Below are positions 10,856 through 20,441 of a stretch of 64,000 nt of DNA, piece by piece. A program made the translations under genes and the position numbers. Under the pieces are notes generated by a model that saw only the letters and a list, made by a program, of their open reading frames with translations, ran no database searches and was not told where the DNA came from. Positions within the stretch are counted from its first letter, which is position 1. Each line of letters begins with the position of its first letter. The stretch comes from an uncultured Planctomycetia bacterium (lineage in GTDB: Bacteria; Omnitrophota; Gorgyraeia; CAYVEO01), in contig CAYVEO010000003.1 in NCBI GenBank assembly GCA_964449965.1, positions 1,052-65,051 on the forward strand, given 5' to 3'.

Positions 10856-11565
10856 ATCTTTAACGACTTCTCCTTGATGCTTATAAACCTGCCATCCCCT
10901 ACGATAATGTGGTCTAACAGGTCTATGTTCATTATCCTGCCGGCATCTATAAGCTGTTTGGTCACCTTCATATCATCTTCACTCGGGGTTGGGTCACCGG
11001 ACGGGTGATTGTGTGCCACGATAAGCCCTGCTGCTGAATACTCCACCGCAGGAAGGAACGCCTCTCTGGGATGGACGAGATTGGCTGTAAGGGTGCCAAT
11101 GGATATTACCTCATCATGGATAAGTTTATTCTTTGTATTAAGGTAAAGCCCCCTCAACTCTTCCTTCTTTAGTTTTCTCATGTCCTCCAAATATTTGTAT
11201 GCATCATCAGGTGACCTTATGATAGGGGTCTTACTCGGGTCCTCTTTAAAGAAACGCCTGCCTAATTCAAAACAGGCGACTATCTGGCATGCCTTTACCT
11301 TAGGGACACCCAATGTCTCCATCATTCTCGCAACATTCCTCTCAAACGTAATCGCCTTTGAGCCATACTCTTTGATAATCCTGCCTGAAAGTTCCAGGAC
11401 ACCTTCCTTCTTAGAACCGGTATTCAGGACTATGGCGAGCAGTTCTGCATTCTTCAATGCCCCTGGCCCATATTTGAGCAGTTTCTCCCTGGGTTTTTCA
11501 TCCTCAGGCAGAACCTTCAGATTGATTTCGTACAATTCATCTGCCATAATTTTTGTAGTTGCCAA
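10843..11565 (-). CDS. radC: RadC-family JAB/MPN domain protein.
   Basis: HhH N-terminal region and the JAMM motif 'HNHPSGDPTPSEDD'. Confidence 0.8.
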   Translation of the reverse strand: MATTKIMADELYEINLKVLPEDEKPREKLLKYGPGALKNAELLAIVLNTGSKKEGVLELSGRIIKEYGSKAITFERNVARMMETLGVPKVKACQIVACFELGRRFFKEDPSKTPIIRSPDDAYKYLEDMRKLKKEELRGLYLNTKNKLIHDEVISIGTLTANLVHPREAFLPAVEYSAAGLIVAHNHPSGDPTPSEDDMKVTKQLIDAGRIMNIDLLDHIIVGDGRFISIKEKSLKIWQR

Positions 11566-12241
11566 CCTTGGTTGGCGTATTTCTCAGAAATGACCTTAGA
11601 ACCAATCTAAAAAACCGTATAGTATCTACAATGGGATTAATATTGCTGTGCTGACCATTGTATATCGTAGTTATGGGCAGAGATATAATCTGAAAATTAT
11701 TTCTTGCCGCCTCTATAAGCATCTCTGACTCTGTATCATAATTTGAGGTAGATAATTTCAAATTATCCAGAACCCCTCTCTTTATAAGCCTGAACCCGCA
11801 CTGACTGTCAGGAACACTCTGGCGGATAAACTTGGATATAAGGAAAGAGGTAAACCTGTTCGTCATCCGTCTTAAGAACGGCATCTTCGCTACATCCTGC
11901 ATCCTGTCCCCTATAATAATCACATCACCCTTCTTTGAACCTGCTTCAATGAATAGCGGAATATCCTCAGGCCTATGCTGGCCATCGGCATCCATTACTA
12001 TTACAGCATCGTAACCTAATTCCTTAATGTATGCAAATCCATCTTTAAGAGACTCTCCCTTGCCCTTGTTTGTCCTATGTCTTATGACAAATGCACCTTC
12101 TCTTGAGGCAATATCACCTGTCCTGTCAGATGAACCATCATCCACCACGATAATATCAGAGACGTAATGCCTTATCCCTTTTATCAGGTCCCCTATATTC
12201 TTTTCTTCATTATATGATGGTAGTAATACAGATACTTTCAT
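11537..12241 (-). CDS. Family-2 glycosyltransferase (polyprenol-phosphate sugar transferase-like).
   Basis: 'VLLPSYNEEKNI...IVVDDGSSDRT', a DxD-like 'MDADGQ' and a C-terminal membrane-association region. Confidence 0.65.
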   Translation of the reverse strand: MKVSVLLPSYNEEKNIGDLIKGIRHYVSDIIVVDDGSSDRTGDIASREGAFVIRHRTNKGKGESLKDGFAYIKELGYDAVIVMDADGQHRPEDIPLFIEAGSKKGDVIIIGDRMQDVAKMPFLRRMTNRFTSFLISKFIRQSVPDSQCGFRLIKRGVLDNLKLSTSNYDTESEMLIEAARNNFQIISLPITTIYNGQHSNINPIVDTIRFFRLVLRSFLRNTPTKVGNYKNYGR

Positions 12242-13101
12242 CCAATTAAACCTTTCTCAAAAAAGTTGTTGAACATATACCACTGGGTTGGGTATTTTGA
12301 AATATATCTTTCCATGACCTCTGCAATCCTTCTCGTAAGGATGACTAAATCCTCATTGCTGTTTCCTGTAGGACTGTATTCTATTGGTTGTTCTATAATC
12401 AATCTAAAATGGTCCCTATCCTCCCGGACAAGAAAACCTGGTAATATCGGAGCACCTGTCTTTAATGATAAAGCCGCTGGACCCTTAGGCAGTGCAACCT
12501 GGGTACCAAAGAATTCTACAGGTATACCGTCATTGGCAAAATCCCTGTCACCTAATAAGGCAAGAAACTCGTTATTTGCGAGGGCAGAAAAACACCTCCG
12601 GACAGCAACGCCTGTGGGTATCACCTTGATACCGGTAATCTCCCTTTGCTTAGTGAAAAAATTATTAACATTCTTATCGGCGTGGCTTAAGGCTACCGCA
12701 TTTACCGGGTAACCTAATATGGACAATATTGCCCCGCCAAGTTCCCAATTACCCAGATGTGCGGTAATGCCTATACATCCCTTGCCCCGGGCTAAAACCT
12801 TATCTAAGTGTTCCAGACCCTCTATTACAACAAATCTTTGGACGTACCCCTTATCCAATCTGGAGAATCTTAAGAAATCTACCAGGTATCTTCCGAAATT
12901 TCTGAAAACGGACTTTGCGTAATATTCTGCTTTTTTATCATCTACCTTCAAGATGAGTTTTATGTTCGTAATTATATTAGCCGTGTCATGAGGTGAGGTC
13001 CTCCTGTGGATATCTGCTATTCTTTCGGCAAGCCAGTACCCAACCTTAATTGGCAGCCGCAGAACCATGAATTGCCCTACCCTGTACAATAGATACATCA
13101 T
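12238..13101 (-). CDS. Lysophospholipid/lipid A acyltransferase (LpxL/HtrB family).
   Basis: LPLAT fold with 'GITAHLGNWELGG' (HX4D-like region). Overlaps both neighbouring genes. Confidence 0.6.
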   Translation of the reverse strand: MMYLLYRVGQFMVLRLPIKVGYWLAERIADIHRRTSPHDTANIITNIKLILKVDDKKAEYYAKSVFRNFGRYLVDFLRFSRLDKGYVQRFVVIEGLEHLDKVLARGKGCIGITAHLGNWELGGAILSILGYPVNAVALSHADKNVNNFFTKQREITGIKVIPTGVAVRRCFSALANNEFLALLGDRDFANDGIPVEFFGTQVALPKGPAALSLKTGAPILPGFLVREDRDHFRLIIEQPIEYSPTGNSNEDLVILTRRIAEVMERYISKYPTQWYMFNNFFEKGLIG

Positions 13102-14210
13102 AGTTCCAGAATCAACCTCGCAGTATCAATAGCCGCGTGGACCTTACCATGTGAAAGTGCTGCCTGATGCATATGAGCTAACTTCACGGGGTTATTCAGC
13201 AGGCTTTCGGTAAGAACTGCTGAGTCCTCCTCATTATTTGCCTTCACTGCCGCACCGCATCGTAATAGGAATTTGGCATTATTCGCCTCCTGCCCGGGAA
13301 TAGGATTTATAATAATCATGGGTAACCCCTTGACTAATGCTTCAGCAGTGGTAAGTCCTCCGGACTTGGTTATTACGAGGCTTGATACTGACATCAATTT
13401 AGAAATTTCATCACTATGGTCCAATATCAATATCCTCTTTTTATACCGGGATATTTTTCTCATCAGTGACTCTCTTAGGCGTTTGTTTGTCCCCGTCGCA
13501 ACTATAATCTGAAAATTTGTTACTAATCTATTCAGCCATCCTATTACTTCCCTGATAGGCCCTAATCCCTGGCTCCCGCCCATGATAAGTACTATAGGAA
13601 GTTTGTTATCTATTCCTAATCCCTGCAAGACATAATCTTTATCAAATTTTTCTGCAAATTTATTATCAATGGGTATGCCAAAAACCTTTACTCTATCCGG
13701 CAATATACCATTATGCACTAATTTTTCCTTAGTATCTTCGGCAGGGACTACGTAAAAATCTACATTGTCATAGAGCCAATATGAATGTGGCATATAATCA
13801 GTCAATATCCCGACTAACGGAATATCTTCTCCACTCGTCTTCTTATAATCTGCTACCATGCCGCAAGGAAATGCCTGGGTACATCCTATTACGTCCGGTT
13901 TAAAATCAGAGAGCAGGACTTTTAATTTCGCTGAATTAAACCTGTGTATCAACTCACGCAGTTTCTGTGTATTTTTAACGACCTTTGGGTTATCATAAAG
14001 ATATTCCCATACCTCAGGCGTATTCTTAATGATTCCCATATAAGTATTGTTTATAATCTTTTCCAGGACAGGGTTCGTATAATTAAAGGCATCTATATTT
14101 AGCACCTCAACATCGCCTTCAAGGGACTTTAATGCTTTCTCTATAGCGAGACTTGCAGAATGGTGGCCTGAATTATCATTGATGTACATCAATAGTATTC
14201 TTTTACCCAT
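13098..14210 (-). CDS. Family-28 glycosyltransferase (MGDG-synthase / UgtP-like diacylglycerol glycosyltransferase).
   Basis: MGDG_synth-like N-terminus 'LLMYINDNSGHHSASLAIEKAL' and a C-terminal GT-B half 'LIMGGSQGLG'. Confidence 0.6.
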   Translation of the reverse strand: MGKRILLMYINDNSGHHSASLAIEKALKSLEGDVEVLNIDAFNYTNPVLEKIINNTYMGIIKNTPEVWEYLYDNPKVVKNTQKLRELIHRFNSAKLKVLLSDFKPDVIGCTQAFPCGMVADYKKTSGEDIPLVGILTDYMPHSYWLYDNVDFYVVPAEDTKEKLVHNGILPDRVKVFGIPIDNKFAEKFDKDYVLQGLGIDNKLPIVLIMGGSQGLGPIREVIGWLNRLVTNFQIIVATGTNKRLRESLMRKISRYKKRILILDHSDEISKLMSVSSLVITKSGGLTTAEALVKGLPMIIINPIPGQEANNAKFLLRCGAAVKANNEEDSAVLTESLLNNPVKLAHMHQAALSHGKVHAAIDTARLILEL

Positions 14211-14211
14211 A

Positions 14212-14595
14212 TTACCCTACAAGTGCTATAACGTCTATCTCAATCCTGACATCCTTTGGAAGCCTTTTAACCTCTACAGTAGAACGTGCAGGTTGAACAT
14301 TGCCGAGGTATGCCGAATAAACCTCGTTAATCCTGCCATACTCATCCATATCCTTGATATACAGGGTAGCCTTCACCACATTATTCATGGATGCGCCGCC
14401 TGATTCCAGTATACCTTTTATATTCTCCAGGACCTGCTTAGTCTGAAGGGCTATGTCACCTTCTATTATTTGATTCGTCTTAGGGTCAATGGGTATCTGG
14501 CCAGAGACAAATAAAAAATCCCCCGCCAATACCCCTTGAGAATAAGGCCCTATTGCCTTAGGTGCATTACTGGTTGCAATTATCTTTTTTTCCAT
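14212..14595 (-). CDS. ridA: RidA/YjgF-family reactive-intermediate deaminase.
   Basis: '[12 protein letters not shown]...[20 protein letters not shown]' and a 127-aa size. Confidence 0.8.
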   Translation of the reverse strand: MEKKIIATSNAPKAIGPYSQGVLAGDFLFVSGQIPIDPKTNQIIEGDIALQTKQVLENIKGILESGGASMNNVVKATLYIKDMDEYGRINEVYSAYLGNVQPARSTVEVKRLPKDVRIEIDVIALVG

Positions 14596-15677
14596 TGCAT
14601 TACTTTAATCTTCTTCTCTAACTCTAATATCTCGCGTTTTCCTGGTAAAACGCCGAGCTCTAAATGATATTCCCTCTTTTCGCCTGGCTCAAGAAACTCC
14701 AGTTCCCCTCTCTTCCTTGCCTCACTTCTCCCTGCCACCCGGCAGTTCGCCGGTTCCATCCCAACGACGTACTCCCTTTCCCCGCACATCTTCCATTCTA
14801 TAAAGCAGGGGAGTTCTTTCTTGAAATATTTCACGTAGAACCCAAATCCTTCTCCGCCATTAAACTTTTTATTCACAAGCGCTGTCAGGACGTTTCCTTC
14901 CTTATCACAACCCATATCGTGATAATATACCCTTTCTTTAAAACCATGAGTAGGTCCGTAGAATTTATTATACTCATCCATTTTTATCTTAGCCTCATCA
15001 TCCCTCGGCTCTGCCTTTTTTGTGGGTGACAGTAACAAAGACCCATCATCTACCGCTGGATATCCCCCATTAATATGGTAAAGGAGCATATGTGGAATTG
15101 GACTAAAGCCGCGATTTTCTATAACGTCATGGACATAGAGACATGATTCGCCCATCTTGGCAGAAATTTCCCGGTGCAAGACAACGTTCTCGCCAAAGAC
15201 CCTCGTTTCTATAACCTTGCCTCGGACCCACATAGCGTACTCATCCGCAACCCATGCACTATCTGCATGGACATTTTTAGCAGGGATATTGGATACCCTA
15301 CCGTGCAGCCCTAATTTCTCACCCATATCCTCGCAAGGCATCCCCACTTGTGTAAGTCCGCACGTGAATAAAAGTCCGCCATGGACATTCCTTAAGTATC
15401 CTAATCCTTCCGGCTCATAATAAGGTGCAGCCACCTCGCCGCAGGAGGAAATCCATGATAGAGGTATCCCCTTATATTCTGCAAAAGAGATGTCTAATCC
15501 CCTGCCTGGCAGGACTGTAAAACGAAAACCTGTACCGGTTTTAACGTCTACTGCCTCTACGCCCTTCTCATTACCCTCGGTAAGTTCGTATATCCTCACC
15601 CCTGCAATCTGGGATATATCCCCAACTCTCTTAAGTAACTCTTTCCGCATCACCTTCTTACCGTATAATATAGACAT
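14580..15677 (-). CDS. Hypothetical protein, possibly a galactose-mutarotase-like fold (DUF4432-like).
   Basis: '[12 protein letters not shown]' resembles the aldose-epimerase HGG motif. No other recognisable signature. Confidence 0.3.
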   Translation of the reverse strand: MSILYGKKVMRKELLKRVGDISQIAGVRIYELTEGNEKGVEAVDVKTGTGFRFTVLPGRGLDISFAEYKGIPLSWISSCGEVAAPYYEPEGLGYLRNVHGGLLFTCGLTQVGMPCEDMGEKLGLHGRVSNIPAKNVHADSAWVADEYAMWVRGKVIETRVFGENVVLHREISAKMGESCLYVHDVIENRGFSPIPHMLLYHINGGYPAVDDGSLLLSPTKKAEPRDDEAKIKMDEYNKFYGPTHGFKERVYYHDMGCDKEGNVLTALVNKKFNGGEGFGFYVKYFKKELPCFIEWKMCGEREYVVGMEPANCRVAGRSEARKRGELEFLEPGEKREYHLELGVLPGKREILELEKKIKVMQWKKR

Positions 15678-15683
15678 CTATGC

Positions 15684-16004
15684 TCACTCCCTTTTTGTCA
15701 CCTCTTCCACCCACTTCAAATATTCTTTATTGCCCTTGACTATAGGTATCGCAATAATTTCAGGGACATCATAGCTATGAAGCGCCTTCACCTCGTCCAT
15801 TAATTCGGGGACTCGTGATTCTCCGGTCTTGGCAAGTAAAAGCAATTCATCGCCTGTTTCTATTTTTCCTTTCCATCTGAATATTGACTTTACTGCGGGC
15901 ACAATATTTACGCACGCAGCAAGCCCTTTCTTAACCAGACTGCGGGCAATCTTCTCTGCCTCCTTCTGGCTGCCTGCCGTGACCAATACAACGACTTTTT
16001 TCAT
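15684..16004 (-). CDS. cutA: Divalent-cation tolerance protein CutA.
   Basis: 'VVLVTAGSQKEAEKIARSLVKKGLAACVNIVP...SIFRWKGKIE' over 106 aa. Confidence 0.8.
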   Translation of the reverse strand: MKKVVVLVTAGSQKEAEKIARSLVKKGLAACVNIVPAVKSIFRWKGKIETGDELLLLAKTGESRVPELMDEVKALHSYDVPEIIAIPIVKGNKEYLKWVEEVTKRE

Positions 16005-16198
16005 TTCCTCAAATACACCATATAATCCTTATCACCTTCCAGAACTACGTGCCCTTCCCTGGCAAGCCACCCTACACTCATCAGAATTATATCGCGAGGT
16101 TTATCAATATTCTTGAATAACTCGGACAGGTGTATCTTACCATGTTCATCTAAATAATGCCATATCTCGCCTGCTACGATACCTATCTCGGTAATCAT
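16001..16198 (-). CDS. Small winged-helix-like protein, function unknown.
   Basis: 65-aa ORF overlapping both neighbours by 4 bp, which suggests real coding. No assignable motif. Confidence 0.35.
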   Translation of the reverse strand: MITEIGIVAGEIWHYLDEHGKIHLSELFKNIDKPRDIILMSVGWLAREGHVVLEGDKDYMVYLRK

Positions 16199-16920
16199 TT
16201 CACCCTCCTCTCCCGTGAAGATAGAAATTTCTCTATCTTATTTTTAACGTCATCTCCTACCCCTGTAAAACGAACCGCTATCTCCTGCATCTTTGTAGTA
16301 GGCATCTCCTCAACCCTTGCCACCTTGCCTGTGACACTGACCTTTGTATCGCCCGGCGGGAATTCCAGCATCATCTCTAAATCAGTCCCTACAGGGACTA
16401 TCTCACGCGATTCAAACAAGATACCCAGCAGGCTTATGTTTACTGCTGCAGTCTCATCCCATTTTGAAAAGAATTTCTTCTTTGGTAATCTCGTATATTT
16501 AATAAGCAAAGGAGATTCTAACCTGTCAATTTTGCGATTACTCAATTGTAATTCTTTCATGTGCATAATCTTATCCAGTACATCTATAATTTTCTTTTCT
16601 TCAAAAGGCTCCTTGATAATGCCGCTTACCCCGGCATCCATAGCCTCTTTGATAAGGTAACGGTCGGTAGGTGAGCTGGATATGATTATAGTAGCATGGG
16701 GGTCACGAGATATGATTTTCTTTGCCGCTTCTATGCCGCCCAGGACAGGCATAACCAGGTCCATGATAATTAAATCAGGATTAGCCTGGGCATATAAATT
16801 TATTGCTGACTCACCATCGCCTGCCTCACCGGCTATTTCAAACCCATTCTTTATAAGAAGTCTTTTAAGATATTCTTTAAGCTCATTATCACTCTCAATA
16901 ACCAGCACCCTCTTACCCAT
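16195..16920 (-). CDS. Response regulator with CheY-like receiver plus a C-terminal PilZ domain. The start is trimmed to the internal ATG at 16920.
   Basis: Receiver 'VLVIESDNE...DLIIMDLVMP...IISSSP' and a C-terminal PilZ-like 'ISLLGILFESREIVPVG...VTGKVARV'. The track ORF extends to 17058, but that extension has no coding character. Confidence 0.6.
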   Translation of the reverse strand: MGKRVLVIESDNELKEYLKRLLIKNGFEIAGEAGDGESAINLYAQANPDLIIMDLVMPVLGGIEAAKKIISRDPHATIIISSSPTDRYLIKEAMDAGVSGIIKEPFEEKKIIDVLDKIMHMKELQLSNRKIDRLESPLLIKYTRLPKKKFFSKWDETAAVNISLLGILFESREIVPVGTDLEMMLEFPPGDTKVSVTGKVARVEEMPTTKMQEIAVRFTGVGDDVKNKIEKFLSSRERRVK

Positions 16921-16921
16921 A

Positions 16922-17152
16922 TCACCCCCCTCTCTTATTATAACTCTTGCACACAGGACATAAAGACAGGAGTTCATGTTTAGAATCCACGTATGTATGG
17001 CTGCATATAGAACACTGCCATACATACTCTTCGTCCCTGGTATATCTCTTAAATGCACCCCTCCTCTCTAAGAATAGCCAACCGACAAATAATCCCAGGA
17101 TAGATATGGATAAATATAAACATATAGCTGCGGACAGGTCCAATTTAAACAT
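16922..17152 (-). CDS. Small membrane protein with a C-terminal zinc ribbon.
   Basis: One TM helix, then 'CSICSH...CPVCKS'. Confidence 0.4.
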   Translation of the reverse strand: MFKLDLSAAICLYLSISILGLFVGWLFLERRGAFKRYTRDEEYVWQCSICSHTYVDSKHELLSLCPVCKSYNKRGG

Positions 17153-17161
17153 ATCTAATCC

Positions 17162-17842
17162 CTAATCCTCTGAGCCCTTTTTCAGCCTAAAATGTATCTT
17201 TATAATGCCCCATTCTTCTTTCTTAGAGGCATCTTTAGATAACGAGACGAATCTCCATCTCTTTAAATAGGCGGCGCCGAGAAGGTCAACTTGAGGCTCT
17301 CCAGACGATGTCAGAATACTAACGTTCTTCACCTCCCCTTCCTGAGAAACGGAGAATCTAACATCTATATCAAAATCCATTCCCATCTCTTCTGCCCACT
17401 CCGGATATTCAGGCAGAATGGGTTTATACAATATCTCCCTGTACCTGGCAGGGCCTGTAACCTCAATTAACTGGGTTTCATAAAGTTTTTTGTCTAACTC
17501 AACTTCCCTATATGCAGGAATTTCTTTATGTCTATTAAGTCCATAAGAAACATCAATTTTCTCTTTCTGAACTTCCGTTGTTATGTTATCCGGATTAACT
17601 ATTTCAGGCAAGTCTACCGTAACCTTAACCGCCTCATCCTTAAATGGCAATATATCCAGCGGTTTCTCCTCCATTATCTCATTGAAAAATTTATCTTCTA
17701 ATATAGGACCAAGAAATGAAACCACAGGGAATCCCTTCAAGGAAAATTCTACCGGCAGGACAACTACTGTAATTAGAATCGTCCATAAGAGATGCCATAG
17801 TAGAGATAAGGCTATAAATATCCCAAATGCTTTTTCTTTCAT
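17162..17842 (-). CDS. tonB: TonB-family energy transducer.
   Basis: N-terminal TM helix, an extended linker and a C-terminal TonB_C-like 'VDVRFSVSQEGEVKNVSILTSSGEPQVDLLGAAYLKRWRF'. Adjacent to exbD/exbB. Confidence 0.65.
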   Translation of the reverse strand: MKEKAFGIFIALSLLWHLLWTILITVVVLPVEFSLKGFPVVSFLGPILEDKFFNEIMEEKPLDILPFKDEAVKVTVDLPEIVNPDNITTEVQKEKIDVSYGLNRHKEIPAYREVELDKKLYETQLIEVTGPARYREILYKPILPEYPEWAEEMGMDFDIDVRFSVSQEGEVKNVSILTSSGEPQVDLLGAAYLKRWRFVSLSKDASKKEEWGIIKIHFRLKKGSED

Positions 17843-17848
17843 AATGCA

Positions 17849-18250
17849 TCATTTTTGTTCCTGACTTGTGGCTATATTCACCTGCGGGACGCCTGCCTCT
17901 CTGCACATGTCCCATATCTCTACGACCCTGCCTACGGAAGCCTTTTTATCAGCCTTAATCAATAACGTCCCCTTTTCTTTGGAGACTTTCTTCAATTTTG
18001 AGATAAGTTCCTGGACTGTAGCAATTTTATCATTAAGATAAATAGCATCCTCACTTGTAACAGTAATAACTAAAGGCTCTTCCTTCAGTACCTCTGACGT
18101 CACTGCCTTAGGCAGGTTTATCTTAATGCCAGGCTGAAAAACGTACGATGAAGTAAGCAAAAAGAACATGAGCAGGTTAAAGACCGTATCTATAAGAGGC
18201 GTCATATTAAATTCCGCCTTTATTCTACGCCCTCTTCTTTTAAACCGCAT
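17849..18250 (-). CDS. exbD: ExbD/TolR biopolymer transport protein.
   Basis: 'MTPLIDTVFNLLMFFLL' TM helix and an ExbD periplasmic domain. Confidence 0.8.
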   Translation of the reverse strand: MRFKRRGRRIKAEFNMTPLIDTVFNLLMFFLLTSSYVFQPGIKINLPKAVTSEVLKEEPLVITVTSEDAIYLNDKIATVQELISKLKKVSKEKGTLLIKADKKASVGRVVEIWDMCREAGVPQVNIATSQEQK

Positions 18251-18878
18251 TAGAATTTTCCCTATCAGATAGAAGATTAATCAGTTCTGTAGCACTCCGC
18301 TCCATCTCCAGGACAAAACTGTCTACCTTTGTCACCAGATAATTATAGGCTACAATTGCCGGGATGGCAACTATCAGTCCGAAGACTGTCGTAAGGAGTG
18401 CCTCCCATATACCGCCTGCCAGGTCCCCTGGACTAACAGGATTAAGTGCCCCTGCCTTCTGCTGGACAACCTGGAATGCCTTGACCATTCCCGTAACCGT
18501 CCCGAGAAGCCCCAGAAGCGGGGCGATATTGGCAACCGTCCCCAATATGCCTAAATTCTTCTCTAATCTCGGTATCTCATGCAGCCCTGCCTCCTCAATA
18601 GACTCTTTTATCTCCTGTTTGTCCCTGTCGTGTTTCAGTATGCCAGCCTTTAATATAGACGCTATGGGCCCCGGGGTCTGGTCACACATCTCTATTGCCT
18701 CCATAACCCTGTTACGCCTGAGTGCGCCAGAGATACCCTCCATGAATTTTTTCGTATCTATCCGTGCCCTGTATAAATGATAGAGCCTTTCTATTACTAC
18801 AGCAAATCCTATTACTGAAGTGAGAGCTATAAGATACATTATTGGCCCGCCCTTTTGCATCCATTCTAATCCAAACAT
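18240..18878 (-). CDS. exbB: ExbB/TolQ/MotA proton channel.
   Basis: Three TM helices with 'GLLGTVTGMVKAF' and 'DLAGGIWEALLTTVFGL'. Confidence 0.8.
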   Translation of the reverse strand: MFGLEWMQKGGPIMYLIALTSVIGFAVVIERLYHLYRARIDTKKFMEGISGALRRNRVMEAIEMCDQTPGPIASILKAGILKHDRDKQEIKESIEEAGLHEIPRLEKNLGILGTVANIAPLLGLLGTVTGMVKAFQVVQQKAGALNPVSPGDLAGGIWEALLTTVFGLIVAIPAIVAYNYLVTKVDSFVLEMERSATELINLLSDRENSNAV

Positions 18879-18896
18879 CTCTACCTCCTAATCATA

Positions 18897-20441
18897 TTAA
18901 AATTCAATCTTAGCCCCGCCCATAACATTCCTGCCTAATGCAGGATAACCTTCCCGCAACTCGTAATCTTCATTCAATAGATTATCAATTATCACAAATA
19001 ATGTCAAGTAATCTTTTATCTCATAGGATAGTCTGGAATTCATCAAGAAATAATCGGGAATGGTATCCTTTGTGATTTTATCAGAGAACTGTTCGCCTAC
19101 ATATTCCCCTGTAATGTCCATCCTTAAACCTTTATTGTCTTTAATGGTCCATCCCATCTCAACATGGTCATTGGGATAATAGGTAACGGCATTGGCAGAA
19201 CTATCCTTATTATGAATATCAGTAAAACTGTAATTGATATACTCACTTATGTATTCATTCCAATAACACTCAAACCCTGCCTTTATTCCCTCAAAATATG
19301 CCTTGTGAAGATTAATTGGTTTGTATAGCCCATCGTTGTCGTCCGAATCATCCCAGATAATAAAGTCTTTACTGTCCTTTCTAAATAACGTCAGACTGCC
19401 CCTTAATCTATCCGGACGGAACCAGTGGTCCACACCAACCTCAATATCCCATGACCGTTCAGGATTCAGGACGTCAGGATTTATCTCTGCATAATTGTCC
19501 TCTAAATACAGTTTGTCAAACAAATGCGGCGAAAAAGTCCTCTGGACACTTGCCTTATAGGTAGTTCTTTCGTCCATATTCCACGAAATCCCGACAATGG
19601 GATTCAGCCTCACGCCAAAACCCTCCTGGTAATCCAGTCCCCCGCTTAGAGTTGATTTTATTCTGTCAGTCCATTCTATATCATCCTGGACATGAAATGA
19701 AGTCAGGGTAAGGTCATAATTCGTCAGCAATTCATTCCGGGATATATTTAAAACAAAATCCATTCCACCGGTTTGATATGACGTATCTATCCCGTAGAAT
19801 CTATTTGAATAATCGGGACGTTCGGCATTTTCTTCTACCCTTGAGCCATCAAAATAGCCCTTGAAATGCAGCCTCTCGTCCCGGGAAAGATTTTTATCAC
19901 TGGCAATAAAAAATTTTAAATCATCATTCCTTCTTTCCGCATCAGGGAAAGGGCTGTTTACCGGTCCAGGCAGCTCCATGTCCTTTGAAAAGAAATTACT
20001 CCCGATAGATAAATTCCATACTTCATCCATAGAAAATGAAGCATTCAGAGAAGACCTGTACGCTATCTCGTCACTATTCGCCCTGTCCCAGCTTGTAGGC
20101 TTTATCCCTAACGTAGAAGAATAACCGAAGTTCTTGAACCTGGCAGAATGGATGACGTCAAGATAGCCTGTTTTAAATGCCCCGTAGCCCCCTGTAATCT
20201 TTGTAGTCATAGAAGGCTCCTCCTCTCTTGAGGAAATATCGCCCTTTACTTTTTCACCTGTATCAGGAGAGATTCCTGCCTCTTTCTCTGCCGCAGTTTT
20301 AGATTCATCAACCCCGAATATGGTAACCTCTGGCAATTGCAGAGTTGGCTTCTCAAACTCGTCAGCAATTGCAGTCCCGCAAAGATTCAGGAAGACCAAC
20401 AATATGCAGTAAATTATCATTTTATATTCTTTTTTATCCAC
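18897..20441 (-). CDS. Outer-membrane β-barrel protein, TonB-dependent-receptor-like. At 514 aa it is unusually short.
   Basis: Signal peptide, alternating β-strand pattern and a C-terminal 'YPALGRNVMGGAKIEF' ending in Phe. Confidence 0.5.
   Translation of the reverse strand: MDKKEYKMIIYCILLVFLNLCGTAIADEFEKPTLQLPEVTIFGVDESKTAAEKEAGISPDTGEKVKGDISSREEEPSMTTKITGGYGAFKTGYLDVIHSARFKNFGYSSTLGIKPTSWDRANSDEIAYRSSLNASFSMDEVWNLSIGSNFFSKDMELPGPVNSPFPDAERRNDDLKFFIASDKNLSRDERLHFKGYFDGSRVEENAERPDYSNRFYGIDTSYQTGGMDFVLNISRNELLTNYDLTLTSFHVQDDIEWTDRIKSTLSGGLDYQEGFGVRLNPIVGISWNMDERTTYKASVQRTFSPHLFDKLYLEDNYAEINPDVLNPERSWDIEVGVDHWFRPDRLRGSLTLFRKDSKDFIIWDDSDDNDGLYKPINLHKAYFEGIKAGFECYWNEYISEYINYSFTDIHNKDSSANAVTYYPNDHVEMGWTIKDNKGLRMDITGEYVGEQFSDKITKDTIPDYFLMNSRLSYEIKDYLTLFVIIDNLLNEDYELREGYPALGRNVMGGAKIEF

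Noticed and set aside
16921-17058. N-terminal 46 codons of track ORF 16195-17058.
   Set aside because: No coding character, and it overlaps the neighbouring zinc-ribbon gene. The receiver domain starts at the internal ATG (16920).
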